Positions 1 through 12,581 are shown, counted from the stretch's first letter. The stretch: 64,000 nt of DNA from Ascoidea asiatica JCM 7603 (GCA_001600695.1 BCKQ01000001.1:1738005-1802004); one strand, 5' to 3'. Notes: generated from the letters alone by a model not told the origin. A program made the numbers and translations.

Positions 1-1725
1 TCAAACTCAAATTCTAATTCTAATTCTAATTCAAGATCTAATTCAAGATCAAATTCAAAAGCTTCAAGACCCTCATTTATTAGATCTGCTTCTGCAAAAT
101 CTATATCTTCAATCTTAACTTTAACTTCAACTAATTATGATTATAATTCGGATTTTTATGATAATAATAATGATAATGATAATGATAACGATTATGATTC
201 TGAATATCAAGATAAAGAAAATGATTATTCTATCAAACAACAACAACAACAAGATAAATCAAATAATGATAATGAGTTTGGTATCTATATACCAAGCATT
301 AATGCTAAATTAGATAATTCCTTACCACAAGATTATTTTAAACAAGATATTTTATCAATAATTAAAACTCTTAGAATTCCAAAATGGTATAAATTACCTT
401 TAAATTTTTATAGTGAAATATCTTTAACTAGAATTTCTTCTGCTTTTACAAATTCAATTTATAAAATTGATCCACCTTCAACAAATTTATTAAAAAAAAT
501 TAAATTTAATTATTATTTACCTTCTTTATTATTAAGAATTTATGGTCCTTGTTCAAATAATTATATTAATAGAGATTTAGAATTATCTATATTAAAAAGA
601 TTATCTGCAAAAAATATTGGTCCAAATTTATTAGGTTGTTTTCAAAATGGTAGATTTGAACAATGGTTAGATAATGCTGAACCTTTAGATAAATTTAAAT
701 TAAGAAATCCAAAAATTTCAAGAACTATAGGTAGAAGAATGAAACAATTACATCTTGGTATAAAATTAAATAAAATTGAATTTAATCAAGGTCCTGAAAT
801 TTGGAATAAAATTGATAAATGGTTAGAATTAGCTGAAATTATTTTAATTAAAAATTCAAATATAATTAATGAAAAAGATTATTTTTTAATTGATTTTCAA
901 AATTTTAAAAATTCAATTAATAAATATAAATTATGGTTATTTAATAGATATAAATCTATAGAAGATTTAAAAAAAAATTTAGTATTTTGTCATAATGATA
1001 CTCAATATGGTAATTTATTATTTACAACTCCAATTTCTCAAAAATATTTAAAAATTGAAAATGATAATAAAATTGGTGAAAATGAAGATGAATTAGAAGA
1101 ACAAAAAAAAGATAAAAGATTAGTGGTAATTGATTTTGAATATTCTGCTCCAAATGTACCTGCTTTTGATATTGCAAATCATTTTTGTGAATGGATGGCT
1201 GATTATAGTAATGAAAAATCTTATTTCTTAGATGAAACACAATATCCAAATTTAAAAGAAGCAATGAATTTAATTGTAAGTTATTTAAAATATAATTCAG
1301 ATTATGATTTAAAAAATCATAAAGATTTAGATTTAGCTGCAAAAATTTTATATAATGATATAATTGCATGGAGAGCTTCAAGTAATATTGCTTGGTGTCT
1401 TTGGAGTATAATTTCAGATCCAAAATTTGAAAAAGATAAATTAGAAAATAAAATTATTGAAAATGGTCCAAATGGTGAAAAATATACAGTAATTGAAGAA
1501 AAAACTATTGAAAATTCAAGTGATGAAGATGATGATGAAGATATTGAAAGTATTTTAGATGGTCAAGAAGGTGGTGATCTTGAATCTTTCAATTATATTG
1601 GATATGCAGTTAATAAAGTTGGATTAGTTTGGGGTGATTTAATTCAATTAAATATTGTTTCAAAAAATATTATTGAAAAACAAGAAATGATAAAATATTT
1701 ACCTGCAAAACTTTTTGATGTTTAA
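1..1725 (+). CDS. CKI1: Choline/ethanolamine kinase (CKI1/EKI1 family), 5' end outside the window
   Basis: The frame appears open from base 1 (SNSNSNS...LLRIYGP...GRFEQW). Contains the Brenner motif FCHNDTQYGNLL and the IDFEY..N..AFDIANHFCEW choline kinase motif. The ORF-track start at 739 is an internal Met. Confidence 0.9.
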   Translation, partial: SNSNSNSNSNSRSNSRSNSKASRPSFIRSASAKSISSILTLTSTNYDYNSDFYDNNNDNDNDNDYDSEYQDKENDYSIKQQQQQDKSNNDNEFGIYIPSINAKLDNSLPQDYFKQDILSIIKTLRIPKWYKLPLNFYSEISLTRISSAFTNSIYKIDPPSTNLLKKIKFNYYLPSLLLRIYGPCSNNYINRDLELSILKRLSAKNIGPNLLGCFQNGRFEQWLDNAEPLDKFKLRNPKISRTIGRRMKQLHLGIKLNKIEFNQGPEIWNKIDKWLELAEIILIKNSNIINEKDYFLIDFQNFKNSINKYKLWLFNRYKSIEDLKKNLVFCHNDTQYGNLLFTTPISQKYLKIENDNKIGENEDELEEQKKDKRLVVIDFEYSAPNVPAFDIANHFCEWMADYSNEKSYFLDETQYPNLKEAMNLIVSYLKYNSDYDLKNHKDLDLAAKILYNDIIAWRASSNIAWCLWSIISDPKFEKDKLENKIIENGPNGEKYTVIEEKTIENSSDEDDDEDIESILDGQEGGDLESFNYIGYAVNKVGLVWGDLIQLNIVSKNIIEKQEMIKYLPAKLFDV

Positions 1726-2099
1726 TTAAAAAGTAACAAGTGATTTAAATTACTATTTTTTTTTTTTACCCTGTACATTCGTTTAATGATATCAACATTA
1801 ATTTAATCCAAGATTATTTCAAAAGAAATATCTATCTATCTTAAGGATATTTAAGAATATCAAAGAAGAAGAAGATGATGAAGAAAATTTGTATTATATT
1901 ATAGATATGTAAATAAGTAATATAAAGAAAATACAAACTGAGATTTAGAGAACTTTTTTTTCATTATTATTGTGATTATTATCATTTATTTATTCGATTC
2001 GTTATTCATTATTTGTTGTTGTTTGTTTTTATATAGAAAATATATAAGATTATTTTATAAGTAGAATATATAGATTTGAATATACATTATTTTATAATT

Positions 2100-3419
2100 T
2101 TAAGTACCTCTCTTTCTTTTCTTTTTTTTTTTATTTTTTTCAGCCATTTCTTTTGTACAAACAGAACAATACCAAGAACCTTCTGGAGGACCAGATAAAC
2201 CAACACATTTATAATGAAACCATTCAAATTTACAATCATCATTATCACAACCCACCATTTCACCATATGAAACTTGTTGACAAAAACAATACAATCTATT
2301 ATCATCTTCTGTATTACCTTCAAAATTATTATTATTATTTGAATTTTTAGCAGCTTGAACTTCAAGTTGAGCTATTGATTTTATTCCATTATTTACAATT
2401 TGACTATTTTTCAATGAAGAAAATTTTGGAGGGAAATTATTATTTATTAATTTATTTGAATTTATATTAATATTAAAATTATTATTTTTATTATTATTTA
2501 TTATATTAGAATCCAGTTTAAGATTTGAATTTGAATTTTGTATTGAAGACAGAATTGAAGATTTATTTTTTGAAATTAAGTTTGAAGATTTGGATAATTG
2601 ATTATTATTATTATTTGTTATAGAATTATTATTATTAATATTAATCAGATTTTGTTTTCTTGGAGGTTTTAAAATAATTGAAGGAGTAGTTGATCTTGAA
2701 TTTGATATTGAATTTGAGTTGGATAATGGACCGTGATTATTATTATTGTTATTATGATTAAGAGTTCTTTTCTTTCTTTTTAAGGAAGGAGTTGGGGTTG
2801 AATTTGAAGAATTTATTGATATTGAATTATTATTTGACATTTTATTTGAATTTAATAATGGATCAGTTGAATTTAAATAATGAATTTTATTTTTATTATT
2901 ATTATTATTTGAGTTTGAATTCGTAGAAATATTATTGTTATTATTATTTTTATTATTATTATTATTATTTGTATTATTTGCAATATTACTATTCATTAAA
3001 ATTTTTGGATTTGTTAAATCTATATAATTTTCACTTGGAGGAGCTAAATTATTATTTTTCTCTAAATTTTCAATTTCTTTATCTAATTTTGTTAAATATT
3101 TAGTCATTGAAAATAATAAAGTATTTGAAATTAAACATTTTTCATTTTGTAAAGCTAAAGCATTTTTAAAATTTAATTCCATTTTAGGATATAAAGATTC
3201 TTCTTTTAAATTTTTACCTAATGGACCAAATTGTTTAACTAATTTAAAAATTTGAGAATCTCTTGATTGAATTTTTTTTCTTGTATCATAAACTTTTAAA
3301 TCTTTATTTTTTAATTCCAGTAAATAATAAGCTAATTCTGATGGTAAATTTGATAAATCCTGTGTGTATTGATCTAGGATGGTTGCAGCATCCGGAACAA
3401 TACCATTATGATTTTGCAT
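2100..3419 (-). CDS. YNG2: ING-family PHD finger protein, NuA4 subunit Yng2
   Basis: N-terminal ING domain ([23 protein letters not shown]), Asn-rich linker, C-terminal PHD finger ([35 protein letters not shown]) and polybasic tail. Confidence 0.88.
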   Translation of the reverse strand: MQNHNGIVPDAATILDQYTQDLSNLPSELAYYLLELKNKDLKVYDTRKKIQSRDSQIFKLVKQFGPLGKNLKEESLYPKMELNFKNALALQNEKCLISNTLLFSMTKYLTKLDKEIENLEKNNNLAPPSENYIDLTNPKILMNSNIANNTNNNNNNKNNNNNNISTNSNSNNNNNKNKIHYLNSTDPLLNSNKMSNNNSISINSSNSTPTPSLKRKKRTLNHNNNNNNHGPLSNSNSISNSRSTTPSIILKPPRKQNLININNNNSITNNNNNQLSKSSNLISKNKSSILSSIQNSNSNLKLDSNIINNNKNNNFNININSNKLINNNFPPKFSSLKNSQIVNNGIKSIAQLEVQAAKNSNNNNNFEGNTEDDNRLYCFCQQVSYGEMVGCDNDDCKFEWFHYKCVGLSGPPEGSWYCSVCTKEMAEKNKKKKKRKRGT

Positions 3420-4018
3420 TATGAGATGATATTATATGTGTTTGCTCGAATAGTATGAGATTACAGATATACTTCTACTGAATATAAGCAATAAATCGAT
3501 TGTATTTATATAATGTTAGTGGAATATTAATCGAACACTATTCCAATAATCAACAAATGAATCAATAAATATTACTAATAAATAAGAACTGAATATAATG
3601 AATAAATAAATAAATAAATATTGATAAAGAAGATAAAAAGCAACAAGCTTTAATAAAAGTACTACTAAGGCTAGTGGTAGCGTTGCCTGCCGTGCCAGCT
3701 AGAGATCACGTGCCACGTATTCCTGCTAAAGTGGGTCGACTGAGAATCAGAGACATAAAACAGTTTGCAGTAGTTAACTGTTAACGTCAGATAGAGATAC
3801 TCTTTTCTACTGTGTGAAGTAGCACTGGAGCTGAAGAAATAAAAAATAAAGGTCTATTTGATTCAGCCTTTGGGAGATTATCCTTCTATTACCAGCCAAG
3901 TCTAAAGTACAAAGTCTTAAGTCGCTGATATTGGGTCCATTCTTTTGCCATAGATAGCTACTTCTCTGTGAGAAAACACTGATCCAACTCGTAGATCATT
4001 CTGCTCTTGATTTGAACG

Positions 4019-5587
4019 ATGTTTGCATCCTCATATCTTTTGCTTTCTCATCATGTATACTTCTCCTTTGCTACTTATGCTTCAATATCCCCAACCTTAG
4101 CTAGTTTATCTTCTATTCAAATTCTAAGGAAAAATCATTCTTTAACTTCATCTAGTAGTCGGTCTAATTTTTCAAAAGGATTTAAATCAAATAATAATAA
4201 AATTTCAAAAAGATTTAATTCAAATTCTTATAAAATAAATAGTTCAAATCAATCAAGTAGTTTTTTCATGAAAAATTCAACTTTTGATTTTCTTTCAAAT
4301 TCAATAATTAAAGAAAAAAATTTCATAAAGTCTTATTTCTCTGATCAAAAATTATCTTTAAATTCTCTAAATGATAATTCAATCATTGCTGATGTTGGTT
4401 CAAAAGCTTTCACATGTCAATCAAAATCTAATGATAATAATAATAATAATAATAATAACAATGTTAATAATTTAAATGATCATATACCTTTTAATGTTAA
4501 TCCAAAACAAATTGATTCAAATTCAATTCAAAGAAATAATATAACTTTAACTGATAATAATGTAAATATTAAAGATTTTAAAAAATTCTTAAAACCATAT
4601 ATAACTTTGGCAAAACCAAGATTAACAGTATTAGTAATGTTATCTTCAATTTGTTCATATGCTTTATCTCCATATCCTGCAACAATCTCTCAATTAATTT
4701 TTTTAACAATTGGTACAACTTTATCTTCAGCTTCTGCAAATGCAATTAATATGGGTAGAGAACCAAATTTTGATAAAAAAATGATAAGAACTTCAACAAG
4801 ACCAGTGGTAACTGGTGTTTTAACTCCAAAACAAGCTTATAAATTTGCTACAATCACTGGTACAATTGGTGTTTCAATGTTATATTTTGGTGTTAATTCA
4901 ACTGTTGCTTCTTTAGGTGCTTTTAATATTTTATTATATTCTTGGTTTTATACTTCTTTAAAAAGAAAACATATTATAAATACTTGGATTGGTGCTTTAG
5001 TTGGTGCAATTCCTCCTTTAATGGGTTGGGCTGCTTCTTCTTCTTTATTACATCCTGGAGCTTGGTGTTTAGCAGGTTTATTATTTGCATGGCAATTTCC
5101 ACATTTTAATTCTTTATCTCATAATATTAGATTTCAATATAAAGATGCAGGTTATGTGATGACTGCTTTTGAAAAACCAATGATGAATGCAAGAGTTGCT
5201 TTAAGATATTCTTTATTAATGTTTCCATTATCTTTTGGTTTAAGTTATTTTAATGTAACTGATTGGATTTTTCCTTTTGATTCTGCAATTTTAAATTTTT
5301 GGTTATCTTATAGTGCTTTTAAATTTTATTGGCAACAAAAAAAAAATTATAGTAAAAATGGTGATACAAATCCAAATTCTAATGGTATGAAATTAGCTAA
5401 TATTCATGCAAAAAAATTATTTTGGGGTAGTGTTGGTCAATTACCTGGAATATTATTATTAGCAATGTTACATAAAAAAGGTTTATGGGATAATATTCTT
5501 GGTTTAAATAAAAATGATGATGATGATGATAATGATAATAATAATGAAAATATTAAAGGTAATAATATTCAACCTGCTATAATATAA
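4019..5587 (+). CDS. COX10: Protoheme IX farnesyltransferase (heme O synthase)
   Basis: LAKPRLTVLV, ANAIN..E..FDKKM.RT..RP, YTSLKRKHI.NTWIGALVGAIPPLMGW and WQFPHF motifs; Ser/Arg/Lys-rich mitochondrial-type leader. Confidence 0.96.
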   Translation: MFASSYLLLSHHVYFSFATYASISPTLASLSSIQILRKNHSLTSSSSRSNFSKGFKSNNNKISKRFNSNSYKINSSNQSSSFFMKNSTFDFLSNSIIKEKNFIKSYFSDQKLSLNSLNDNSIIADVGSKAFTCQSKSNDNNNNNNNNNVNNLNDHIPFNVNPKQIDSNSIQRNNITLTDNNVNIKDFKKFLKPYITLAKPRLTVLVMLSSICSYALSPYPATISQLIFLTIGTTLSSASANAINMGREPNFDKKMIRTSTRPVVTGVLTPKQAYKFATITGTIGVSMLYFGVNSTVASLGAFNILLYSWFYTSLKRKHIINTWIGALVGAIPPLMGWAASSSLLHPGAWCLAGLLFAWQFPHFNSLSHNIRFQYKDAGYVMTAFEKPMMNARVALRYSLLMFPLSFGLSYFNVTDWIFPFDSAILNFWLSYSAFKFYWQQKKNYSKNGDTNPNSNGMKLANIHAKKLFWGSVGQLPGILLLAMLHKKGLWDNILGLNKNDDDDDNDNNNENIKGNNIQPAII

Positions 5588-5835
5588 CTTAACATAATTA
5601 TCTTATTTCATTTAATTTAATTGGATTTAATTTATGTATAATTAACGTTACTGGTTTTTTTTTTCTCTTAGTTTGTTTTTCATTCATTTTTTTTTGTTTT
5701 AAATTTTTTTAAAAGTACAGTATATAAAATATCTATGTATATATAAATTTAAAGCATATTAAGCATGTAAATAATTATGACTTAAATAATAAAAATAATA
5801 TTTGAAAAATGTATATTAGTTTATATTAACTATAA

Positions 5836-6933
5836 TTATTTAGATATTTCTTTACTTGAAGTATTTTTAGAATCTTTTTCATCACTTTTTTCATCATTAT
5901 CACTTGAATTTTCTTTATCAGTTATTTCTGATTTCATACTAAATTTTTTATTTTCAATTTTATTATCAATTAAATCATGAAATGAAATAATTGCTCTTAC
6001 TAAACTTGTAACATAAATCATCATTAATTGATCATTTGTTTTTATTGTAAAAGCTTTATTAAGATCAGTAATTGAATCAATATCTGAAAAATTTTTAAAT
6101 TTATCTTTAATTTGTAAATTAATTGAATTTTGAAATTGTTGATCTTCAGCTGCATTAATTGCTAATAATTCTGTTGGATTAATTAAATTTGGTAATAAAT
6201 TAAAAATATCTTGTAATTTACCTAAAATAACATGATTTATTGGTAATTCTTTATTTAAAACTTTATTAAGATAATTTAAAACATTTTTTAATCTTTTATT
6301 TAAACCATTTAAGGATTGTAATTGATTTGTAATTTTTAAAGATAATGTACCTGCAGCTTGATCTCTTATATCTCTTAAAAGATGTTCTACACCAATTTCT
6401 TCAGCTTCTTCAGCTTCAATTATTGAAGGAATGTGAATAAAAGTTTTTTCAGAAGAAGAACCATCATCTTTAATTTCTTCAACAGCAATATAAGAATCCG
6501 TTGGTAAACCACCAAATTCATTATTTGGTTTAACATCAACAATTAAAAGTAATGGATCAGTTGTATATTTTTTAAAAATTTCATTTATTTTAAGATCATT
6601 TTTTCTTAGTTTTGGACCAGAATGATACCAACCAATTAATTTTTCTTTTGCATTAATTTTTTTAAACATTTCATTCATTGATTCAATATAATTATGATCA
6701 AGGAACCAAACATTTGAATTTTTTTCATCTTCTTCAAATGGAATTGCAAATGAATTTGAAACTCTTATTGTTTTTGAATTTAGATTTTTTTCACCTAATA
6801 TAACTCCAACACATCTTTTATTTGTATCTTTTGCAACTCTATTATAATGGTCAACAACAGATAATAGTACTAAAGGTGCAACCGAAACTGTTGTAGATAA
6901 AAAAAAAGATTCATTAGTGATTGTTGTTGGCAT
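5836..6933 (-). CDS. RPN8: 26S proteasome lid subunit Rpn8 (MPN domain)
   Basis: [58 protein letters not shown]. Confidence 0.97.
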   Translation of the reverse strand: MPTTITNESFFLSTTVSVAPLVLLSVVDHYNRVAKDTNKRCVGVILGEKNLNSKTIRVSNSFAIPFEEDEKNSNVWFLDHNYIESMNEMFKKINAKEKLIGWYHSGPKLRKNDLKINEIFKKYTTDPLLLIVDVKPNNEFGGLPTDSYIAVEEIKDDGSSSEKTFIHIPSIIEAEEAEEIGVEHLLRDIRDQAAGTLSLKITNQLQSLNGLNKRLKNVLNYLNKVLNKELPINHVILGKLQDIFNLLPNLINPTELLAINAAEDQQFQNSINLQIKDKFKNFSDIDSITDLNKAFTIKTNDQLMMIYVTSLVRAIISFHDLIDNKIENKKFSMKSEITDKENSSDNDEKSDEKDSKNTSSKEISK

Positions 6934-7098
6934 TTTGAAAATCTTATTTCTTAATTTCTAAAAACCAATTATTGAAATTTATATATATAGGAATTGAATT
7001 ATTTATTGACTGATTATTTTGATTTAATTCTATCTTTCTTTCAATTACTTATAGATTTGTAATTATTAAGATTAATATCAAAATCTAATAATATTTAG

Positions 7099-7108
7099 CG
7101 TGGCGAAA
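7099..7108. promoter_or_regulatory. PACE-like (Rpn4) element upstream of RPN8
   Basis: CGTGGCGAAA about 165 bp upstream of the RPN8 start; consensus GGTGGCAAA/GGTGGCGAA. Confidence 0.5.
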
Positions 7109-7330
7109 GATTGAATAATTGAAATTAAGAAAGCTTTGAAGAACCAAGATATTGATGTACACGTGACTGAAGTATGGTTAATTATGTCACAATACAATAA
7201 ATATATATTTATTGACTAATTTGATGAATAATTTAACGGATTAATTATTGAATAATTGAATAAAAAGGAAAATTATATTGAAATAAATCTCAAAATAAAT
7301 ATCAAAATTAATCAAGAAATAAATAAAGAA

Positions 7331-8446
7331 ATGCCAAATTTTGCCCAGATTATAATTGGTCCTCCTGGATCTGGAAAATCAACATATTGTAATGGTATGA
7401 ATCAATTTTTATCAGCAATTGGACGTAAGAATATTATAATAAATTTTGATCCTGCAAATGACAGATTGCCATATGAAAAAAATTGTGGAATAGATATTAG
7501 AGATTATATTACAATTGAAGAAATAATGAATGAAGAAAACCTAGGACCAAATGGAGGATTAATGTATGCAATTGAAAATTTTTTCAAAGATGATGAAAAT
7601 ATTTTAAATCAATTAATTAGGGATATTAAAAAATTAAGTAAAAATGGGAATTATTTTTTAATTGATTGTCCTGGACAGATTGAATTATTTACAAACAATT
7701 TTTTCTTTCTTAAAATTTTTAAAATTTTAGAAAAAACTTTAGATTTCAGATTTATTGTAATAAACTTAATTGATTGTATAAATTTAACTAAACCAAGTAA
7801 TTATTTTTCAATATTATTATTAAGTTTAAGATCAATGATTCAATTAGAATTTACATTTTTGAATGTTATAAATAAAATAGATTTAATTAAAAATTATGAT
7901 AAGTTACCATTTAATTTAAGTTATTATACAGATGTTGAAGATTTAAATTATTTAATACCATATTTAGAAGAAGAAATTGAGATGAAAAATAATAATAATG
8001 AAGATGGTAAAGATAATAAAAATAATAAAGATCAAAAACAAGAGAAAAGAAAAAGATATTATAGAAAAAATAATGATAAATTAATTAAATTGAGTATGAA
8101 TATAAGTGAATTAATTTCAGAATTTAATTTAATTTCATTTGAAGTTTTAAGTATAGAAGATAAAAATTCAATAATTAAATTGTTATATATAATTGATAAA
8201 AGTAATGGATATATCAATGGAAATAATGAAATTTCAGGAGATTCGATTTGGATAAATTCAGTCAGACAAGTTGGTAGTGGAAATTTAAATGGAGTTGATC
8301 AGGAAATTGATATTCAAGAGAGATGGATTGATAATAAAGAAGAATATGATAAATTTTTCTTAGAAAATGAAAAAAAATCAATTAAGGAAATGAAGGAACA
8401 AACAGGAAAAAATGATTTTAATGATATCGAAGATTATGGTTACTAG
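7331..8446 (+). CDS. GPN2: GPN-loop GTPase 2
   Basis: FAQIIIGPPGSGKSTYC P-loop, LGPNGGL GPN motif, DCPGQIELFT, C-terminal DIQERWID. The real ATG is at 7331; the ORF-track start at 7256 is TTG. Confidence 0.93.
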   Translation: MPNFAQIIIGPPGSGKSTYCNGMNQFLSAIGRKNIIINFDPANDRLPYEKNCGIDIRDYITIEEIMNEENLGPNGGLMYAIENFFKDDENILNQLIRDIKKLSKNGNYFLIDCPGQIELFTNNFFFLKIFKILEKTLDFRFIVINLIDCINLTKPSNYFSILLLSLRSMIQLEFTFLNVINKIDLIKNYDKLPFNLSYYTDVEDLNYLIPYLEEEIEMKNNNNEDGKDNKNNKDQKQEKRKRYYRKNNDKLIKLSMNISELISEFNLISFEVLSIEDKNSIIKLLYIIDKSNGYINGNNEISGDSIWINSVRQVGSGNLNGVDQEIDIQERWIDNKEEYDKFFLENEKKSIKEMKEQTGKNDFNDIEDYGY

Positions 8447-9287
8447 CTAGTTAATAAAAAGTTTTTATATATTTCAGTTCAAAATTCGGATATGATCAAA
8501 AAACTAAGTTTGTCAATCAGTTGTTTACTCTTTTTTTTTAGCCAATCTCAATTAGCGAGTAAAAGAGAAGAATGAATTAATAATAACATTTTTCAAATAC
8601 AATCTTACAACGAGTAAAATCTATTTTTATATTATATACTTATAATTATAAACAAAATTATAATTTGAATTATAAATTAATGTAGTTCTTTGAGTTACCA
8701 GATTTTTATCAAGAGTTTTAAAAATTAGGAATAAGGTAAAGTAAGAACAATTGTTCTAGCTGACGTTTCCCATGCAATAAACACTGATAATACAGTAGTA
8801 ATGTAATATCGAATAAAGCACATTGTAGAAAGCAGATTTTTAAATATGTGATCCAAAAAAAGGGAAAAATAAAAGATATTAAAAAAAAGAAAGAAGAAAA
8901 AATAAATATTTATATTGCAAAGACTGAAGCAAAACGAGAGAAGAAGAGAAAAAAGAGTAAAAAGAGAAATATGCGAGGTTTGCAATATTAGCGATGTTTT
9001 CAGGCGAAATAGTTTTTAGGGCAGTAGCACGTGACCGAGGATCGCAATGGTGAGTATTGTGGAAATGGGAGCGGATTTGTATTGCATTATGGTAGATGAA
9101 GTTGTAATATCTAAATATATTCAAAGTGAAGATGCATTTAAAGCTGGAACTGAATTAGAATCATCAAAAGAAGAAGAACAAGCAACAACCGATCTACATT
9201 TCAATCAATTGCTTATTTAGTACATCAAGTGAATCTAATATATCTCTCAGTCAGAAGTCTGACCAAATTGCAGTTCTTTGTCCCACA

Positions 9288-12200
9288 ATGGGCACCTCAA
9301 TCGACTCTTCGAAAGCATTCAATGATCAAAATGATATCAATTCTTCCAATAATTCAAACAATCCTAATGATTCAAATAATTCAAATAATTCAAATAATTT
9401 GAATAACAGAAATGATAGAGATAGCAGTTATAGAAATAGTTTAATCAGGACCTTCAGCTCAGTTGATGATGATAACAATAATGACACCGAAAGAAAAAGA
9501 AAAAGAGTTAGAATTTCAGAAAATGGTAATTATGTTGTAAGGCAAAATTATGAAATGGTTCAGGATCCTCAGAATGATATTGAGATTATTTTATATTCTG
9601 CCAATGAAAGTGATAATGATAATATGGACGGTTTATCAACAAACGGTGATCCCACTCAAAATCTAAATCAAAATCAAAACCAGAATAGTAATAGTGCTAG
9701 TAATAGTAGTAGCATTAGTAATAGTAATATTAATAGTAATACCAATGCAAGTCTTCTCCATTCATCTCATCAGCAGCAAACTGAGTTGCAAACTTCAAAT
9801 ATTGCTAGTACTACTAATAATAATAACAATAGTATCAATAATAACAATAATAACAATAATAACAATAATAACAATAATAACAATAATAATCACGATAACA
9901 GTAATGATAATGATAATGAAAATGATAGCGATAAAGACAATAATAATGGTAGTAATGCTTCTTCTATTCCAATTATTGATGATGAAGATGAAGATGAAGA
10001 TTCCATAATTCAATTACCTTCTGATTTTGTAGGTCGTCCTATAAGAAGACAAAATGCAATGAGATTAGCTCCAGGTGCTGATTTTTTAACTTATCTTTCT
10101 CATTTGGGATATAATTTACAAAATTCGGATTCATCTACAATTCACTCAAGTAATCAATCATTAAATCAGTTTTCTAATGAAAATAATAACTCTAGCTCAA
10201 ATAATGCTAATAATACTAGAAATAGCACTAATAATACTAATAATATTGACAATGTAAATAATATACTTAATATTATCAATTCAAATATTCGCGAGCTTTC
10301 AGGTCCTTCACCTAATAGAAGTTCTCGACCTAATTTAAGAAATCGATTCCTTATGTCATCTCTTCGTTCACCTACAAGTTCCGAGCTAGAAAATACTCAT
10401 TTACCTAGATTAGTAACTGCAGAACAATATCCAATAAATTCTAAAAGAAAAAGAATTAAAAAAAACATTCCACATTGTATAAAGATAAGAAAACCCTCGA
10501 TATCCTCAAATGAGAAAAAGAAAAAAGATAAAATTTTTAAAAATGTACATTTAAATCCAATGCATCCAATGTTTGATGATATAACTCTGTCTAGTTCAAA
10601 AATTCCTACAAAAGTACTAGTCGGTGGTCTGAAAAGAATCAGATTACATGATCATTATGGTAATACAAATTCTACTCCTTCAATTATATCTACCAATAAC
10701 GGATCCACTAACGGTCGTGATACTTCTGATGGAAATAATACACCTGCAGCTAATACTTATGATACTTACTTCAATCAATATAGATTTAGAAGAAGAAATT
10801 CAAGAAGCAATAACCGTGATAGAAATAACAACACTAATTTAAATGGTAATTCTGGTAACTCTAATAACACCAATAATGATAATCATAACAACTCTTCACA
10901 ATTTGTAACTATAATAAATCTTTCAGATGAAATCAACAGTGAGAACAATGAATCAGCTAATGATAATAATTTAAGAGTAAATATTTCACGTAATCATTCA
11001 AGATCTATTCGGACACCTGTTATTCCTCATGGAAATTTAACTACAAACTTAAATAATAATGATGATGATTTTTATAATGATGATGAACCATTTTTAGGGC
11101 CTGATATTGGACAAGGTGATTATGATTATGATTATTATCATTCTAGATATTCATCAAGATCAAATTCAAGACATTCATCTAGATATTCTTCAAGATCAAA
11201 CTCCAGAAACTCATCTAGGCATTCCTCGAGACATTCTTCTCGATCCAATTCAAGAAATAGACCACAGTTAGTTTCCACTTCTACTTTAAGATCTCGTTCC
11301 CAATCATTATCAAGTAATAACTCTTTTTTGCATGGTAATTATGACGTTCAAGCTGATAATTATACGACAACTCTAATGAATACATATTTAAATTCTTCAA
11401 CGTCTCCGGCTGACAATAATGAAAATACAAATCAAGATGATAATCTCAATAACAATAACGATCTTCTCAATAGTAGCCATAACGAAATTTCAAGTAATAA
11501 TGATGAAGATGAAATACGATCTGCCAGCTCACATTTTATACCTCCTTCAAATACGGGTTATAACACAGATAATTCAATAAGTTCAACATCCTATTCTCGT
11601 CGTGCTAGTAGTAGTGGTGATAATATACATTCAAGTTCAGGTACAAGGATATTTAGCTCTAGTCAACAAAGACAGCCTCGTAGAGGAATTCTTTCAAGGA
11701 GATCTTCAAGATCTTCTGCTCATTCTCATAGTAGGTCAGCTTCTCCAGTATTAAGAAGATCCGATTCAATATCAGATTTAAGAAGTGTTTATAATAATTC
11801 TGGACTTCAAAATGCTGTTATCGCTCAAGAACATTCTAGTAATATAAGTACTGCGAATAACCCAGGTACTGAAGATAGTAATAATAGTAATTTAAGTGGA
11901 AGTAATGCTGTTTCTGAAAATACAATAAGTACTGGAATTGTTGGAACTTCTACTGTCTCAGAAATAGATAATGAAAATGTTGGTAATAATACTAATAATA
12001 CTAATATTGCTAGCAATGAAAATAATAGTAATGTTAACAATATTTATAATACTGATAATACAATTAACGCTGCGGGTTCTAATACTAATAATAACAATAG
12101 AAGTCAAATGAATCAAACAGGAGGTCCTCATGTTAGTTTTGTTTATGATATAAATCCTCATTCTGGTGATAGTTCTTCGGAAGATGTAAATGATGACGAG

Positions 12201-12581
12201 TCAAGACATAGATCTATAAGATTTGGGAGAATTCACTATTATAGGTTTAGCAATTTAGAAGAAACTCCAAATAGTAGTTTCACATCAAATTCTGGAGTAA
12301 TTGGTACTATAGAGAATGAAAACACTACTAATAGTTCAAATGATAATGATATACATAATCAGAATCAAGATAATTTACCGGGAAGAACTGTTACTGTTTC
12401 TAATTCTCGAGGATTAGAGGAAGCTAATATACCTCAAAATGATATTGAAGATATAGAAGTTTCTACGGAAGCGTCTATTCCAACAGTGACCTTTACAGAT
12501 CGTGAAAGTCCTTCGGTTAATGATGGTTCTTTAGAATCCTTTCAAAATTCGGAAAGTCAAGGTAATGAAAATATTAAATAG
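9288..12581 (+). CDS. Large Asn/Ser-rich low-complexity protein of unknown function
   Basis: 1097-codon uninterrupted ORF in AT-rich DNA, with NLS-like RKRKRVR and KRKRIKK and an SR-type repeat. No folded domain recognised. Confidence 0.75.
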   Translation: MGTSIDSSKAFNDQNDINSSNNSNNPNDSNNSNNSNNLNNRNDRDSSYRNSLIRTFSSVDDDNNNDTERKRKRVRISENGNYVVRQNYEMVQDPQNDIEIILYSANESDNDNMDGLSTNGDPTQNLNQNQNQNSNSASNSSSISNSNINSNTNASLLHSSHQQQTELQTSNIASTTNNNNNSINNNNNNNNNNNNNNNNNNHDNSNDNDNENDSDKDNNNGSNASSIPIIDDEDEDEDSIIQLPSDFVGRPIRRQNAMRLAPGADFLTYLSHLGYNLQNSDSSTIHSSNQSLNQFSNENNNSSSNNANNTRNSTNNTNNIDNVNNILNIINSNIRELSGPSPNRSSRPNLRNRFLMSSLRSPTSSELENTHLPRLVTAEQYPINSKRKRIKKNIPHCIKIRKPSISSNEKKKKDKIFKNVHLNPMHPMFDDITLSSSKIPTKVLVGGLKRIRLHDHYGNTNSTPSIISTNNGSTNGRDTSDGNNTPAANTYDTYFNQYRFRRRNSRSNNRDRNNNTNLNGNSGNSNNTNNDNHNNSSQFVTIINLSDEINSENNESANDNNLRVNISRNHSRSIRTPVIPHGNLTTNLNNNDDDFYNDDEPFLGPDIGQGDYDYDYYHSRYSSRSNSRHSSRYSSRSNSRNSSRHSSRHSSRSNSRNRPQLVSTSTLRSRSQSLSSNNSFLHGNYDVQADNYTTTLMNTYLNSSTSPADNNENTNQDDNLNNNNDLLNSSHNEISSNNDEDEIRSASSHFIPPSNTGYNTDNSISSTSYSRRASSSGDNIHSSSGTRIFSSSQQRQPRRGILSRRSSRSSAHSHSRSASPVLRRSDSISDLRSVYNNSGLQNAVIAQEHSSNISTANNPGTEDSNNSNLSGSNAVSENTISTGIVGTSTVSEIDNENVGNNTNNTNIASNENNSNVNNIYNTDNTINAAGSNTNNNNRSQMNQTGGPHVSFVYDINPHSGDSSSEDVNDDESRHRSIRFGRIHYYRFSNLEETPNSSFTSNSGVIGTIENENTTNSSNDNDIHNQNQDNLPGRTVTVSNSRGLEEANIPQNDIEDIEVSTEASIPTVTFTDRESPSVNDGSLESFQNSESQGNENIK

